64,000 nt of DNA. It comes from a virus. The notes beneath the pieces are model-generated. The model saw only the letters and a program-made list of their open reading frames with translations. It ran no database searches and was not told where the DNA came from. Positions within the stretch are counted from its first letter, which is position 1. Each line of letters begins with the position of its first letter. This document shows positions 1 to 10,111 of this stretch, in pieces. The DNA is taken from the IMG/VR virus record IMGVR_UViG_3300047442_000001, positions 1 to 64,000 of that record. One strand, written 5' to 3'. The translations under genes and the position numbers were made by a program.

Positions 1-16
1 CACGGCCGGCGCGATC

Positions 17-415
17 ATGTCCGTGGTCAATCCATTCGGAGTCGACGTGTGGGTCAACCGGCTGGAGATCGCGCGCACGACCAAGTCCACCGGAGCTGGA
101 ACGGGCGACTTCGGAGTCGCGACCGCTTCGGCGACAACGCTGTCCGACACTCTGCTCGACGGGCTCAATCTCAACGCGACCGAAGCGACGGAGACGAACA
201 ACGCCAACGGCGGAACCAACGGCAAAGTTCGTCAGCTCTGGCCCACCGGCAAGTGGATCACCGGGTCTACGGCCTCCGGTAACGTTGCGGGGCTCGTGGG
301 CACGTACGCAATCTACTGGTCCTTCGTCAACCAGAAGCGAGTGATTGGTGTCGCGCAGGCCGCGATCACCGGAGACGGCAACGTCAGCGTCAAACTCAGC
401 ATTCGGCCTGTTTGA
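17..415 (+). CDS. hypothetical virion-module protein (5' end may lie upstream of window)
   Basis: 132-aa ORF; frame stays open back to nt 2; followed by stem-loop plus T-tract at 448-482. Confidence 0.5.
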   Translation: MSVVNPFGVDVWVNRLEIARTTKSTGAGTGDFGVATASATTLSDTLLDGLNLNATEATETNNANGGTNGKVRQLWPTGKWITGSTASGNVAGLVGTYAIYWSFVNQKRVIGVAQAAITGDGNVSVKLSIRPV

Positions 416-447
416 GGTCAATCTGTCTCAGTTTGTTTAAACTGGAC

Positions 448-482
448 CGGGGCGGCTGGCAACGGTCGCCCCGTTCAATTTT
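448..482 (+). terminator. rho-independent-type terminator candidate
   Basis: CGGGGCG (448-454) pairs with CGCCCCG (467-473), 12-nt loop, then TTCAATTTT. Confidence 0.55.
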
Positions 483-494
483 AAAGGAGCTCCA

Positions 495-740
495 ATGTCT
501 GCTCTCACTGGAACCGGAACTCTTCATCGTCCCGAGATCGCCAATCTCAAGCGGGTGAGCGTCACGTTCACGACTCCGGTCGTCAGCGGAGACACGTTCG
601 TCACGCCGCTGGCCAAGATCACCGCCGCGTGGTTCGTTCCCACGACCGCGGCGACGGTGGGCGTGGACTGGTCCGGCAAAACGATCACCATCACTCTCGG
701 CGCTTCAAAAGCGGGAACGTTGTACATGGAAGGTTACTGA
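495..740 (+). CDS. hypothetical small virion-module protein
   Basis: 81-aa ORF; AAGGAG RBS 5 nt upstream of ATG 495. Confidence 0.55.
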   Translation: MSALTGTGTLHRPEIANLKRVSVTFTTPVVSGDTFVTPLAKITAAWFVPTTAATVGVDWSGKTITITLGASKAGTLYMEGY

Positions 741-752
741 GGACCGACGCCA

Positions 753-833
753 GTGCTTCGATTCATCTATGCGGCGGTGATCGCGGTCTGTGTTTTGGCG
801 CTCGTGATCGAGGTCGTGGACGATGGCATCTGA
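753..833 (+). CDS. possible 26-aa hydrophobic micro-protein (below ORF-track cutoff)
   Basis: GTG 753 lies 9 nt after GAGGA; translates VLRFIYAAVIAVCVLALVIEVVDDGI (one TM-like helix); overlaps next gene start by 11 nt. Confidence 0.25.
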   Translation: MLRFIYAAVIAVCVLALVIEVVDDGI

Positions 834-2070
834 CCAAGTCGAGCAGCTCATCGGCGAGGTCGAGTCCATCACCGGCTGCGATCCGAACTTCGCCCGGATG
901 TACGTCCGCGACGGTTGGCGCCGGACTATGGCCATGCGCACGTGGTCGTGTACGTGGCGCCGGAGCCACATCGTCATCCCGGCCGCCATCACATCGACCG
1001 CGACTTCGACCGCGTCCGTGGTTCAGGACTCCGACGAAGTCACCTTCTCCACGTTACCAGTCGATGGCTCCTTGGTGGGGCTCCAGTTTCGTTCGGGGAA
1101 CGGTCCGATCCACGACATCGTCGGCGTGATCTCTTCGACCAAGGTCCGCGTTCGTCCCGACTACTCTGGGGCCACCGACGCTGCGGCTGCGTTCACGATC
1201 ATGCGGCGTTACGTCACCCTTCCATCGGACTGCCAGGAGATCATCGCGGTCACCCATCCCACTTTGAACAGAAGGCTCACCCACAACTATCAGCGTGAAA
1301 TGCTGGACGCGAGAGACGCGAACCGGACGAAGTCGGGGACCGGCGATCCACGGCTGCTGTGCCCCTTGGACTGGTCGCTGAGCCAAGTCGGTTCGGTGGA
1401 CCCGGTAGTGAGGGTGGTGGGCTCGGGGCCGAAGCCCATCTCTTCGGGCGAGTTCTCCGGAGCTGATCGCGCCATGTTCACGGTCACGGTGACGACCGGA
1501 GGGCTCGGAGCTGCGGTCGTCTTCAGTTGGCGAAGGAACGAAGAGACGCTCGTCACCGGAGTCGTCGCGGACACGTCTTCCGGCAACGCGTTGTCGGACG
1601 AAGTGAGCGTGTTGTGGGACGTCGATGTCACCTACGTCCTTGGCGACACCTTCATCATCGTCGCCGACGCCGGAGTCCGGACCGGAGCCCCACGGCACGA
1701 GATCTATCCATGTCCCACTTCGCGTACGGTCCTTCCGCTACTTTACTCGGCGTCGCAGCCCGACATCACCGACGACGGTGCGGTGGTTCCTTCGTTTTTC
1801 GCAGACCGGCTCGACGTCATCAAAGAGAAAGCTCTGGAGTTCGCTGCGTCCGCTCCGAACTCCACGTACTCCCAAGTCCCCTTCTCCGGGATCAGCCGGC
1901 GGGAGTATCATGCAGCGAACTGGTTGATCCAGGTGCGGTTGCTGGAGAGGGTGGACGAGCAGCTTTGCGGAAGAAACGTGCAGCTCGTGCTGCCGACCGT
2001 GCCGCTTCCGTGGGGCTCGGGGTCCGACGCCAACTTCACCGACGACCCGTATCAACCGAGATGGCTATGA
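823..2070 (+). CDS. hypothetical virion structural protein
   Basis: 415-aa ORF in the co-oriented structural block; no motif recognised. Confidence 0.6.
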   Translation: MASDQVEQLIGEVESITGCDPNFARMYVRDGWRRTMAMRTWSCTWRRSHIVIPAAITSTATSTASVVQDSDEVTFSTLPVDGSLVGLQFRSGNGPIHDIVGVISSTKVRVRPDYSGATDAAAAFTIMRRYVTLPSDCQEIIAVTHPTLNRRLTHNYQREMLDARDANRTKSGTGDPRLLCPLDWSLSQVGSVDPVVRVVGSGPKPISSGEFSGADRAMFTVTVTTGGLGAAVVFSWRRNEETLVTGVVADTSSGNALSDEVSVLWDVDVTYVLGDTFIIVADAGVRTGAPRHEIYPCPTSRTVLPLLYSASQPDITDDGAVVPSFFADRLDVIKEKALEFAASAPNSTYSQVPFSGISRREYHAANWLIQVRLLERVDEQLCGRNVQLVLPTVPLPWGSGSDANFTDDPYQPRWL

Positions 2071-2092
2071 CGACCAAAGTAAGGAGGACGCG

Positions 2093-2251
2093 ATGCCAAG
2101 CAAGGTAGTGGGCAACATCATGACCGAGATGGACGTTCCGAAGCCGCCGAAGGTGGACAAGGACTCGATGGGCCGCGGTACCACCGAGAGTGGACCTCCG
2201 GGCAAAACGACGCGGCTCAGTCACACAATCGAAGAGATCAAGAAGCGGTAG
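2093..2251 (+). CDS. hypothetical 52-aa protein (below ORF-track cutoff)
   Basis: ATG 2093 lies 4-5 nt after AAGGAGGA; MPSKVVGNIMTEMDVPKPPKVDKDSMGRGTTESGPPGKTTRLSHTIEEIKKR; fills the gap between two genes. Confidence 0.4.
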   Translation: MPSKVVGNIMTEMDVPKPPKVDKDSMGRGTTESGPPGKTTRLSHTIEEIKKR

Positions 2252-2264
2252 TCGCGCTGAGCCT

Positions 2265-2284
2265 TCGGACTAAATTTAGTTCGA
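2265..2284. repeat. 20-bp near-perfect palindrome TCGGACTAAATTTAGTTCGA
   Basis: Read directly; one symmetric mismatch pair, G.U-compatible in RNA; lies between genes 2093..2251 and 2317..3696. Confidence 0.5.
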
Positions 2285-2316
2285 CGGCTAAGTTGATATG
2301 AAAGTGGAGGCTCCTG

Positions 2317-3696
2317 TTGCCTTACGCGACGGTCACCCGCGACGCCGCTGTTGCCGTGATCGCGGACAGGCTCAACGATCCTTCAAAGAAGTTCTGGACC
2401 GAGCCCGAGATCATCGCGTCGCTCACCGAGTCTCTGCGCATCCTCAACTGTCTCACCGGTAACGATCGCGCTCGCGGCGCCTTCGCTACTTCGGACGGCA
2501 TCAGCCTGTATCAGCTGTCCACGGTCCTTCGTGACCAGGACGACGTCCTCCTTCGGCCGCAGACAGTAACGTCGTCGGACCTAGTCACCGAAGTCCGCTA
2601 TCACTTGGTCGAGTCCACCGCGACGCCGCAATTCACTTCTGATCAAATCGAGTCCGCCCTTGAACGGCGACGTGACCAGTTTCTCGCGGACACGTCGTCT
2701 GTAGTCGTCGAACTCCCGATCGACGTGTCCCCCGGCGACGGCGTCGTCGATCTTCCGGACGGCACCATCTCGGTGCGACGTGCCATGTGGCGCACAGCGG
2801 ACGGTCGCTGTTCGACGCTCAGCTCGAGCGACGAGTTCACCTCCTTGGCTCTGGGTCGTGGCGCCATCACGCAGTCGCGGCCACGGACCTACTCCGTGTC
2901 TGCGGTCGCAGGGCTTCAACTTAGACTTCTGCCGCCGCCGTCGACCGCAGGAGTTCTTGAGCTCTTAGTTACGCGATCCGGTCCAACGTTCCCCGCGACC
3001 GTGTCCGTGGCCCAAGACTACGTCTTCGTGGTGAAGTGGGGCGCGATCGCCGATCTACTTTCCGACGCTGAGTCCGTGGACCCGGAACGTGCTGACGCGG
3101 CCAACAGGCTCTGCACCTTCGGCGCGATCTTGGCGAAGGCTCAGTCGACGATCTTAGCCGCTTCGATCGACGGCGTTCTCGCGCGTCCGGCCGCGGTCCA
3201 CTTAACCGACAGACTTCGGTCCGGGTGGCAAGGTCGACGACGGTCAAAGCCCGACACGCTTTCGGTCGCGGGACCGGACACGGTCATGCTGACTCCTGTT
3301 CCCGATTTCAACAGTCACACGGTCACCTTGGACGTGGTCCGGAACGCTCAGATCCCGATCGATGGTGACGCGTTCCTTCAGGTGGCTCCGGACCAAGTTG
3401 AAACGGTCTACCTTTTCGCGCTGTGGACACTCATGTTCAAACGTTACGACACAGAGACTTCAGTCCAAGTTCTCGCGTCGGCTCTGCGCTCCGCGACCGC
3501 GATCACCCGCCGCAATCGCGCCGCTTCGTCCGCGATCCACGTCATGTACGGAATCGGCAAGCAACAGGAAGGAGCACATCCCACCGAGTCCGCGGCCGAT
3601 CCTTCGCTGAGTTCCGGAGCCGACCCGTCCGAGTCTTCCGAAATACAACTGGAACGCAACGCCCGTCGCCGGACCGGTCAGCGGAGGGGCTTCTGA
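2317..3696 (+). CDS. hypothetical virion structural protein
   Basis: 459-aa ORF; TTG start 6 nt after GTGGAGG. Confidence 0.6.
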   Translation: MPYATVTRDAAVAVIADRLNDPSKKFWTEPEIIASLTESLRILNCLTGNDRARGAFATSDGISLYQLSTVLRDQDDVLLRPQTVTSSDLVTEVRYHLVESTATPQFTSDQIESALERRRDQFLADTSSVVVELPIDVSPGDGVVDLPDGTISVRRAMWRTADGRCSTLSSSDEFTSLALGRGAITQSRPRTYSVSAVAGLQLRLLPPPSTAGVLELLVTRSGPTFPATVSVAQDYVFVVKWGAIADLLSDAESVDPERADAANRLCTFGAILAKAQSTILAASIDGVLARPAAVHLTDRLRSGWQGRRRSKPDTLSVAGPDTVMLTPVPDFNSHTVTLDVVRNAQIPIDGDAFLQVAPDQVETVYLFALWTLMFKRYDTETSVQVLASALRSATAITRRNRAASSAIHVMYGIGKQQEGAHPTESAADPSLSSGADPSESSEIQLERNARRRTGQRRGF

Positions 3697-6600
3697 TGTC
3701 CGAGTCCAAGTACGAGCAGTTTGAGCAAAGGTTCGGCGCCTACGGCCAGGACCTGGCGTCACCACCTGACGCGCCACAGCGCGCCAACCGGCTCGCGATC
3801 GGGAAGAACGTTCGCCAAGTTCTTCGTGGCACGCTCCAGTGCCGCAACGGCACGAGCGTCCATCTTACTTCAGCGACCAACGAGACTCCGTGGCACTCCC
3901 TCCGTAGACTCAACGATCCAGCGGCTTCCGACTTCACGTACATCGCCGGCATCGGCGACAGTCTTCAATTCGGCAAAACCGGTACCCTCGCCATCCCTTC
4001 GGGCGAAGGCTCCGGATGGTCCGGCAACCCGCTGTCCTTGGTCCCCTTTGTTCCAGAGCAAGCCGTCGAGCCGTGGATGGCGGTGGCCGACAGTCTGAAG
4101 CTTCGCAAGATCAAGCGCGACGGTACCGTCAGAACTCTGGGCATTGAACAGCCGAAGATCGCGCCACTCGCAGAGCTTGACTATTCCAACGGTCCGTTGC
4201 GGATCAACGTGGACACCGGAGGAAACTTCGCTGGCTGGTCCGGTGGCGCTACGAACTCGAACCGAATCAACGTAGCCTTCACCCGTCAGGTGTGGGCGGG
4301 CGAGGACCCCACCTTGGGGCTCATTGGCGGGTGGTTCGCGATCCAACTTGCTTCGATCGCGAACATCGGTCCGGGGACCATTCTGACCGACAGCTTGGGC
4401 GCAATAGTTCACGTCGAAGAAGTTCACCCGGCGTCCCCAACCGGGGTCACTTGTACGATCAAACAGATCATCTTCGACGGCGGCACCGGCAACGGGTGGT
4501 GCACGATTGTGCCCACGGTCAACTTCAAGGAGTTCACCCAGCACGCGCTAGTTCAAGTCAACACTGGAACGCCGCAGTACGTCGCGCTCACGCACACGAT
4601 CGCCGGTCCCGACAACACGGTCGCGCTCCGGTGCTACATGCCCTTTAGCTCAGCGGTCGAAGGAGTCGGGCTCGCGGTCATGCCTTCGGTCTATGGCTAC
4701 TCTACTGCGGCTGCGCTCACTGGACCTTTGACCACCGACGCGACGCGATGGAACGCGTTGGCCGCTTCGACCAAGCACACGTTCACGCGGACGATCGCGC
4801 TCAACTTGAGCAACTACGCATCCGGCGGACGAAGCGTCGATCGCGTCAACGACGAGATGCACATTTCACTCTTCACTGATGAACCGGACCGTATCACCGA
4901 GATCCGGGTCGAAGCGGACGTTGACGACGCCACGTTCACCAAGAACTACTTCACCCGGACAATCCGGTCCAACGATCTCGTGCTGTTTCGACGTGGCGAT
5001 CAACCGTCCACTGACGCGCGTCCAGCGGCGGAACGGCTTGGCCGCTACGACCGCGGCCGGGTCCGCGACCGGATGGCCTTCGACCGCGATCCGAACGAAG
5101 TCGTAGGTCCGATCTTCGACCGCTCCGATCTCCCCGACGAGCCGGGGTCTACTCCCACCGCCGACGCGCCCGGTGGAGCGTCGTCGCAGACTTCGGCGGC
5201 AGCGTCGCAGTGGTCCGAGATCAGGTTCAAACTTTCCGACTGGACGCGCTTCGGCGAAGACAAGTCCAAAGACCTCCACGCGGTCAACACTCTTCGCGTA
5301 ACGATCACGACGAACGACCGCGGCGTTGTAGACGTCCGCTTCAACTCGTGGTGGATCGGCGGGGGCTTCGAGCCCGACGTTGCTCTCGGAGCTCCTTACG
5401 ACTACGAGTACCGTTACCGCGATTCGTCGACCGGGGCTCGGTCGAACTGGTCGCCGCCATCGCGGACTCCGGTGTGGCCGCACCGCCACCAGGTCTTCGT
5501 CTCAGTCGTCGGTACCACGAACGCGGGCTGCGACAAGATCGACATCCGGCGACGCGGCGGAACGATCAACACGTGGGTCACCATCGCCACGATCCAGAAT
5601 CCGGGCGCTGCGTCCGTGGTCACCTTCACCGACATCTACAGCGACGCGTACGCATTCAACGTTTCGGCGTCCGACGCCGCAGTCGAAGGCAACGTCAACG
5701 CGCAACCGTTCTCGACGATCGCGGCTCCCTTCGTTGCCACGGTCGCCGAGATCGCGGGGTCGATGATCCGGCACGGTACTTCCGGCTTCAACGTGTTGTG
5801 GGCTCAGGGGACTGGAGTCATCGCCAACGGGATCGCTACGTCGATCTATCGCGTTCATTCGACCGACGTCATGGAGATCTACGACAACGTCGGCAGCGGG
5901 ACCACACTCCGTCTTGAGATCCCCGAGCCCGTGAAGGTGTCGCAGCCGCTCCCGGTGGTCTTCGGTCCCGACAAAGACGGCTACAGCTACGGTCTCGGCG
6001 ATCCCGCCAACCCCGGAAGACTGTACGTTTTCAGCCGGTACACGATGGACTCGACGCGTTCGGACTGGTTCGCCGACATCACCGACGCCAACGATCAGCT
6101 CCAGAACGGCTGCGTGTACAACGACCGCGGCTACGTGTGGTCGACCGGGAAGATGTGGTCCATCGTTCCGACCTTGGACCAAGCCGAACGCGTGGCGAAG
6201 AGCGAAGTTCTCGGCGCTCCGGGGCTTCGCTACCGGTGGGCGATGGACGTGAGTGACCTTATGGTGTGGGTCGCCAACGACGGTATCTACGTCAGCGACG
6301 GCGGTACCACGCGCAACATTACACGTCAGGAGCTTCAGCCGTTGTTCCCTTCGGGCGAAGGTGCGAACGGTGTCGACGTGAACGGGATCTTGGCTCCCGA
6401 CTTCACCGCCGCGCAGTCGGCGCACCGGCTTACGTGTTCGCCTGGGAAGTTTGCTTACTACAACTACCAAGCGATCACCGGAGGCGTCCGAGCCGCTTTG
6501 GTCTTGGATCGTGCCAGCGGTCCCGAAGACGAATGGGGCTGGTGGCAGGACACGTACGGCTTCAGTGCCATCGCGCACTTCGTAGACGTTTCGACGACGT

Positions 6601-7931
6601 CAGGTCGAACTTTGATCGGAGGCGCGAACGCGACCACGGCGAAACTCTACGCCTTCGCTTCGACCGCCGGCTCGGACGACGGTACCGTGATCCCGTGCCG
6701 CGTCCGGTCCTTCGCTCACAACGGTGGCGATTCTGAGTCCGAAAAGAAGTACGGTCACGTAGCGGTCAAAGCGAACCCCGGCGGCGCGACGATGACCGTG
6801 ACTACTCTGCTCGACGACTTCGTTACTTCGTTCGCTCCGACCGCTTCGCTCACAGGCTCGACGATCGGCGATCCAAGAATTGTCGCGGAGCTGGACACGT
6901 ACGCGCGGAACGTGGCGGTGGACGTTCAGTGGTCCAACGACACAGGGCACACGCCGGTCCTTCATCTGTGGACCGTGTCTTGGCTCCCGCGTCCAGTGAA
7001 CACGGTCAAGCGCCCGACAGATTATTCAAACTTCGGCTACTGGGGACCGAAGGAGCTCCTTGGGCTCGCGATCGAAGTCGACACCGAAGGAGTGGCGAAG
7101 GACTTCGTACTCGAGTACACGACCGAGTCGGGTACCGTAGCAACGGTTGCGAAGACGGTGACGACCCCAACAAAGTCCATCGCGCCAGTTTCCTTCAACC
7201 CCCCCGTGATCGGATACGAGTTCCGCATTCGTGGAACTGACGCTGACACGTGGAAGTTTTTCGAGATCGTCGAGCCGCACTTCAACCAGCTACCGGACAT
7301 GGGCCAGATGGACACTGAACGAATCGTGTTCGACGGTCTCCGCTGGGTCCAAGGCGTCGAGATCCGCGGCGACACGAACAACGTCAACGTTCCACTCACT
7401 GTCCTTAAAGACTTCGACGTCGTAGCCGCGACGATCACACCGTTTCAACATAGTGGCATCGGAACGAAGTCGTACGCGTTCCGTCCACCTTTCCTGGCCT
7501 ACGAAGCGCGACTCCGGAAGTCGGCCAACGCCCGCATTCTGGCGGCTAAGTTCATCAGTAAGCCTGAAGCTCCATTGGGCTCGTGGTGGGAGAGCCAAGA
7601 GGTCGAGCTCGGAGCCCCTTACGGGTACCTGTCCGCGCTGACTGTGGAGTACGCGTCCACGGCCGACGTTACGGTCACTTGGACCGTGGATGGGGTCTTA
7701 GCTCACACGGAAACGTTGACTTCGACCGGCGGCTTAGAAACGTTCGTCCGCGTCAGCTTTCCTGTGACCGCGGCGAAGGGGAGCTTGGGCAAACTCGTCG
7801 TGAAGACTGAAGCGGCGAACGAGTGTCGCGTCCGGGAACGCGGGACTCAAGTGTATCTGTCTTCGTGGGGGACGCGGGCGCAGTGGATTCCGGTGATCGG
7901 GGCCGCTCACGGCTCCGGAGCGGACGTCTGA
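3696..7931 (+). CDS. large (1411-aa) virion protein, tail/baseplate-type by size and position
   Basis: ORF-track frame 3423..7931; start moved to ATG 3696 (TGATG overlap with upstream stop); the earlier part overlaps gene 2317..3696. Confidence 0.7.
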   Translation: MSESKYEQFEQRFGAYGQDLASPPDAPQRANRLAIGKNVRQVLRGTLQCRNGTSVHLTSATNETPWHSLRRLNDPAASDFTYIAGIGDSLQFGKTGTLAIPSGEGSGWSGNPLSLVPFVPEQAVEPWMAVADSLKLRKIKRDGTVRTLGIEQPKIAPLAELDYSNGPLRINVDTGGNFAGWSGGATNSNRINVAFTRQVWAGEDPTLGLIGGWFAIQLASIANIGPGTILTDSLGAIVHVEEVHPASPTGVTCTIKQIIFDGGTGNGWCTIVPTVNFKEFTQHALVQVNTGTPQYVALTHTIAGPDNTVALRCYMPFSSAVEGVGLAVMPSVYGYSTAAALTGPLTTDATRWNALAASTKHTFTRTIALNLSNYASGGRSVDRVNDEMHISLFTDEPDRITEIRVEADVDDATFTKNYFTRTIRSNDLVLFRRGDQPSTDARPAAERLGRYDRGRVRDRMAFDRDPNEVVGPIFDRSDLPDEPGSTPTADAPGGASSQTSAAASQWSEIRFKLSDWTRFGEDKSKDLHAVNTLRVTITTNDRGVVDVRFNSWWIGGGFEPDVALGAPYDYEYRYRDSSTGARSNWSPPSRTPVWPHRHQVFVSVVGTTNAGCDKIDIRRRGGTINTWVTIATIQNPGAASVVTFTDIYSDAYAFNVSASDAAVEGNVNAQPFSTIAAPFVATVAEIAGSMIRHGTSGFNVLWAQGTGVIANGIATSIYRVHSTDVMEIYDNVGSGTTLRLEIPEPVKVSQPLPVVFGPDKDGYSYGLGDPANPGRLYVFSRYTMDSTRSDWFADITDANDQLQNGCVYNDRGYVWSTGKMWSIVPTLDQAERVAKSEVLGAPGLRYRWAMDVSDLMVWVANDGIYVSDGGTTRNITRQELQPLFPSGEGANGVDVNGILAPDFTAAQSAHRLTCSPGKFAYYNYQAITGGVRAALVLDRASGPEDEWGWWQDTYGFSAIAHFVDVSTTSGRTLIGGANATTAKLYAFASTAGSDDGTVIPCRVRSFAHNGGDSESEKKYGHVAVKANPGGATMTVTTLLDDFVTSFAPTASLTGSTIGDPRIVAELDTYARNVAVDVQWSNDTGHTPVLHLWTVSWLPRPVNTVKRPTDYSNFGYWGPKELLGLAIEVDTEGVAKDFVLEYTTESGTVATVAKTVTTPTKSIAPVSFNPPVIGYEFRIRGTDADTWKFFEIVEPHFNQLPDMGQMDTERIVFDGLRWVQGVEIRGDTNNVNVPLTVLKDFDVVAATITPFQHSGIGTKSYAFRPPFLAYEARLRKSANARILAAKFISKPEAPLGSWWESQEVELGAPYGYLSALTVEYASTADVTVTWTVDGVLAHTETLTSTGGLETFVRVSFPVTAAKGSLGKLVVKTEAANECRVRERGTQVYLSSWGTRAQWIPVIGAAHGSGADV

Positions 7932-8821
7932 TGGCAAAGTCGCCGGTTCCCACGATCGATCTCGCCGCGGTCCGCAACCCGCAGTCGCTTCATCTGAGGT
8001 TGAACGAAGTGCTCCGGTGGATGACCGCGACTAGGTCCGAGATCGACCAGGTGATCGAGTCCTTGGCCACCTCGTCCCAGCTACAGCTTCCTGAGATCAA
8101 AGCGGCGTTGGAACTCGGTGGACGGTCACCGCTCAACTTGACCGGTCTCGTTGGCAAGACCGCCGATCCGCAGTTCGGTGGACTTCTGACGGGGACCGTG
8201 CTCCCGCCGCCTAACAACTACGCCGAGAACATCACCTTCGATCTTCAGTCGGGGTCCCCGGTCCGGTTTCAACGCTACTATCGCGGCACGGTCAACGGCG
8301 CCCCGGCTTGGGTCCAAGCCCCAGTCCCCGAGCCTACGAACATGGCGAAGCTCGACCTCGCCAACATCTTTCTCGGACTACAAACGTTCAAAGCGGGCGT
8401 AGACTTCGTCGACCCGGCCCACGGCGCCGCGTGGTCGATCCTATACCGCGAAGAAGAAGTTACCCTGTCCACGGTCGGCGTGACCACGGACTCAACGGGA
8501 CTGCTGATCGCCGGCAACTGCCTGCTGCTGGGGGTACCGCAGTACATTACGCAGGCGATCTCGGGTGGTGGTGTCACGGGACTTCAGACCGGGGACCAAG
8601 CGACTCCGTCGCTGACGCGATTCGCGACTACGGCGACACTGACCGTTGGTGCTGGGCTCGTGGGGCTCGACCAATGGAAAGGCAGCGCGGCGACCGACGC
8701 CGCCGGACCGCTTCTGATCAACGCCTCCAAGGTCCGGTTTACTGCGACCGGGGGAACACCGACCCAAGGAAAGGTGCGGGTGGGCGTGTGGCAGGCGGTG
8801 TTCAGTCCGCAAACGAGCTGA
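7931..8821 (+). CDS. hypothetical virion protein (fibre-like Gly/Thr-rich C-terminal half)
   Basis: Frame 7823..8821; ATG 7931 overlaps upstream stop (TGATG). Confidence 0.6.
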   Translation: MAKSPVPTIDLAAVRNPQSLHLRLNEVLRWMTATRSEIDQVIESLATSSQLQLPEIKAALELGGRSPLNLTGLVGKTADPQFGGLLTGTVLPPPNNYAENITFDLQSGSPVRFQRYYRGTVNGAPAWVQAPVPEPTNMAKLDLANIFLGLQTFKAGVDFVDPAHGAAWSILYREEEVTLSTVGVTTDSTGLLIAGNCLLLGVPQYITQAISGGGVTGLQTGDQATPSLTRFATTATLTVGAGLVGLDQWKGSAATDAAGPLLINASKVRFTATGGTPTQGKVRVGVWQAVFSPQTS

Positions 8822-8843
8822 AGAGCCCCACAAGGGGAGTAGA

Positions 8844-9395
8844 ATGTCAACAACTATGAGTAACCGTTCCGCAGCCGTAGGCAACTTTGCTTCCGACGCC
8901 GAAGTGGGCTTCGTGATCACCGACGATCCAGCGCTCAGCGATCGCATCGACATCGAGCGCGCGTTCGACCAGAACGAAGTGGGAGACGTGGTCGTGTCTG
9001 CGGGCGATCCGAACGCGCGCGTGGATGCGATCGAAGACCTCATGCGCTCGCGTTTGCCGCAGATCGACATCGAGCCCGTTCACTGGTTCGCGGACGGGAT
9101 CTATGCCCGCGAGATCACCATCCTCGCGGGAACACTGTTGACGGGGAAGATGCACAGAACACAGCATCTCAACATTATCTCGAAGGGCTCGATCACCGTT
9201 TGGTCTGCGGAACACGGAGCCAAGAGGATCGATGCGCCGTGCACCTTTGTTGCGTCGCCGGGAACTCGGCGCGTGGGCTTCGCTCACGAGGACACGGTCT
9301 GGACCACCGTCCATGCGACTACTGAAACTGATCTGGACAAACTCGAAGTGGAGCTGATCGAGCCGCGTGTTCGCCGGATCGGCGGTGACAAGTGA
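8844..9395 (+). CDS. hypothetical virion-module protein
   Basis: 183-aa ORF; GGGGAG RBS 4 nt upstream of ATG. Confidence 0.55.
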   Translation: MSTTMSNRSAAVGNFASDAEVGFVITDDPALSDRIDIERAFDQNEVGDVVVSAGDPNARVDAIEDLMRSRLPQIDIEPVHWFADGIYAREITILAGTLLTGKMHRTQHLNIISKGSITVWSAEHGAKRIDAPCTFVASPGTRRVGFAHEDTVWTTVHATTETDLDKLEVELIEPRVRRIGGDK

Positions 9396-10111
9396 GCTGG
9401 GTCGCTGTCGCGAGTATCGCGGTGGGCGCTGGTACTTCGATCTACAGCGCCAACAAAGCTTCGAAGGCCGGAAGGCCGTCCAAGTCCCAAAGTCAACTGG
9501 AAGGACTCCTTGCGGACCAGACGTCCAAAACGTCGCCGATGGGTCTTCAGCTCCTCGGCGACGCCACCAGTGGGCTCGATGATCTAGATCACTACTACCA
9601 AGCTCTCAGCGAAGGGGACAGGTCCAAGCTCCTTGAGCTCCTCGGTCCCGGCGTACTGGACGCCGACTCGGCGCGACGCGACGCGACTTCGGCCGATATG
9701 TCGCTGATGCCCCGCGGCGCCGGGTCCGCCGAGCGCAGACTTCAGCTCTTGGATACTGGCGTCACCAACCGCGAGAACGCGCTACTCGGGGCGCGGTCCG
9801 CGGCGCGGTCGGCACGTGGCGACATCGCCACCGCGAGGGGGTCGCTTGGTTCTTCGGTCCTGTCCGGGTCGTCGTCCACGGGCCTCGGTTTACTTGGTGA
9901 AATCCTCAACCGGAAGACCGTCGGCTTTGATCAGGAACGTGCCGCCGGCCAAGCTCTGTGGCAGATCATGCAACTCTTCGGTCCTTCAGGCGGAGCCAAG
10001 ACCACGGAACGCGGGACAATTCCACGTGGATCGAACATCAGCCAGTTCATGGGCTCAACGCCTGGAGTGAAGCCCACTTCCACTATGTCGCCGTACGGTC
10101 CTTACAACTAA
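9392..10111 (+). CDS. hypothetical protein, Ser/Gly/Ala-rich (internal-virion-protein-like)
   Basis: 239-aa ORF; GTG start overlaps upstream stop (GTGA); short N-terminal hydrophobic segment. Confidence 0.55.
   Translation: MSWVAVASIAVGAGTSIYSANKASKAGRPSKSQSQLEGLLADQTSKTSPMGLQLLGDATSGLDDLDHYYQALSEGDRSKLLELLGPGVLDADSARRDATSADMSLMPRGAGSAERRLQLLDTGVTNRENALLGARSAARSARGDIATARGSLGSSVLSGSSSTGLGLLGEILNRKTVGFDQERAAGQALWQIMQLFGPSGGAKTTERGTIPRGSNISQFMGSTPGVKPTSTMSPYGPYN

Noticed and set aside
3423-3695. N-terminal 91 codons of the 1502-aa track ORF
   Set aside because: This part overlaps gene 2317..3696 out of frame and is Arg-rich. ATG 3696 overlaps the upstream stop (TGATG) and begins normal-looking sequence (MSESKYEQ...).
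5502-6578. Long antisense or alternative-frame ORFs inside large genes (for example 5502..6578 -, 12315..13304 -, 13033..14076 -, 17444..18214 +, 48917..49702 -, 52988..53797 -, 55120..55767 -)
   Set aside because: They are Arg/Pro/Gly-rich, lack RBSs, and are fully embedded in better ORFs. This is the typical stop-codon-poor artefact of GC-rich DNA.
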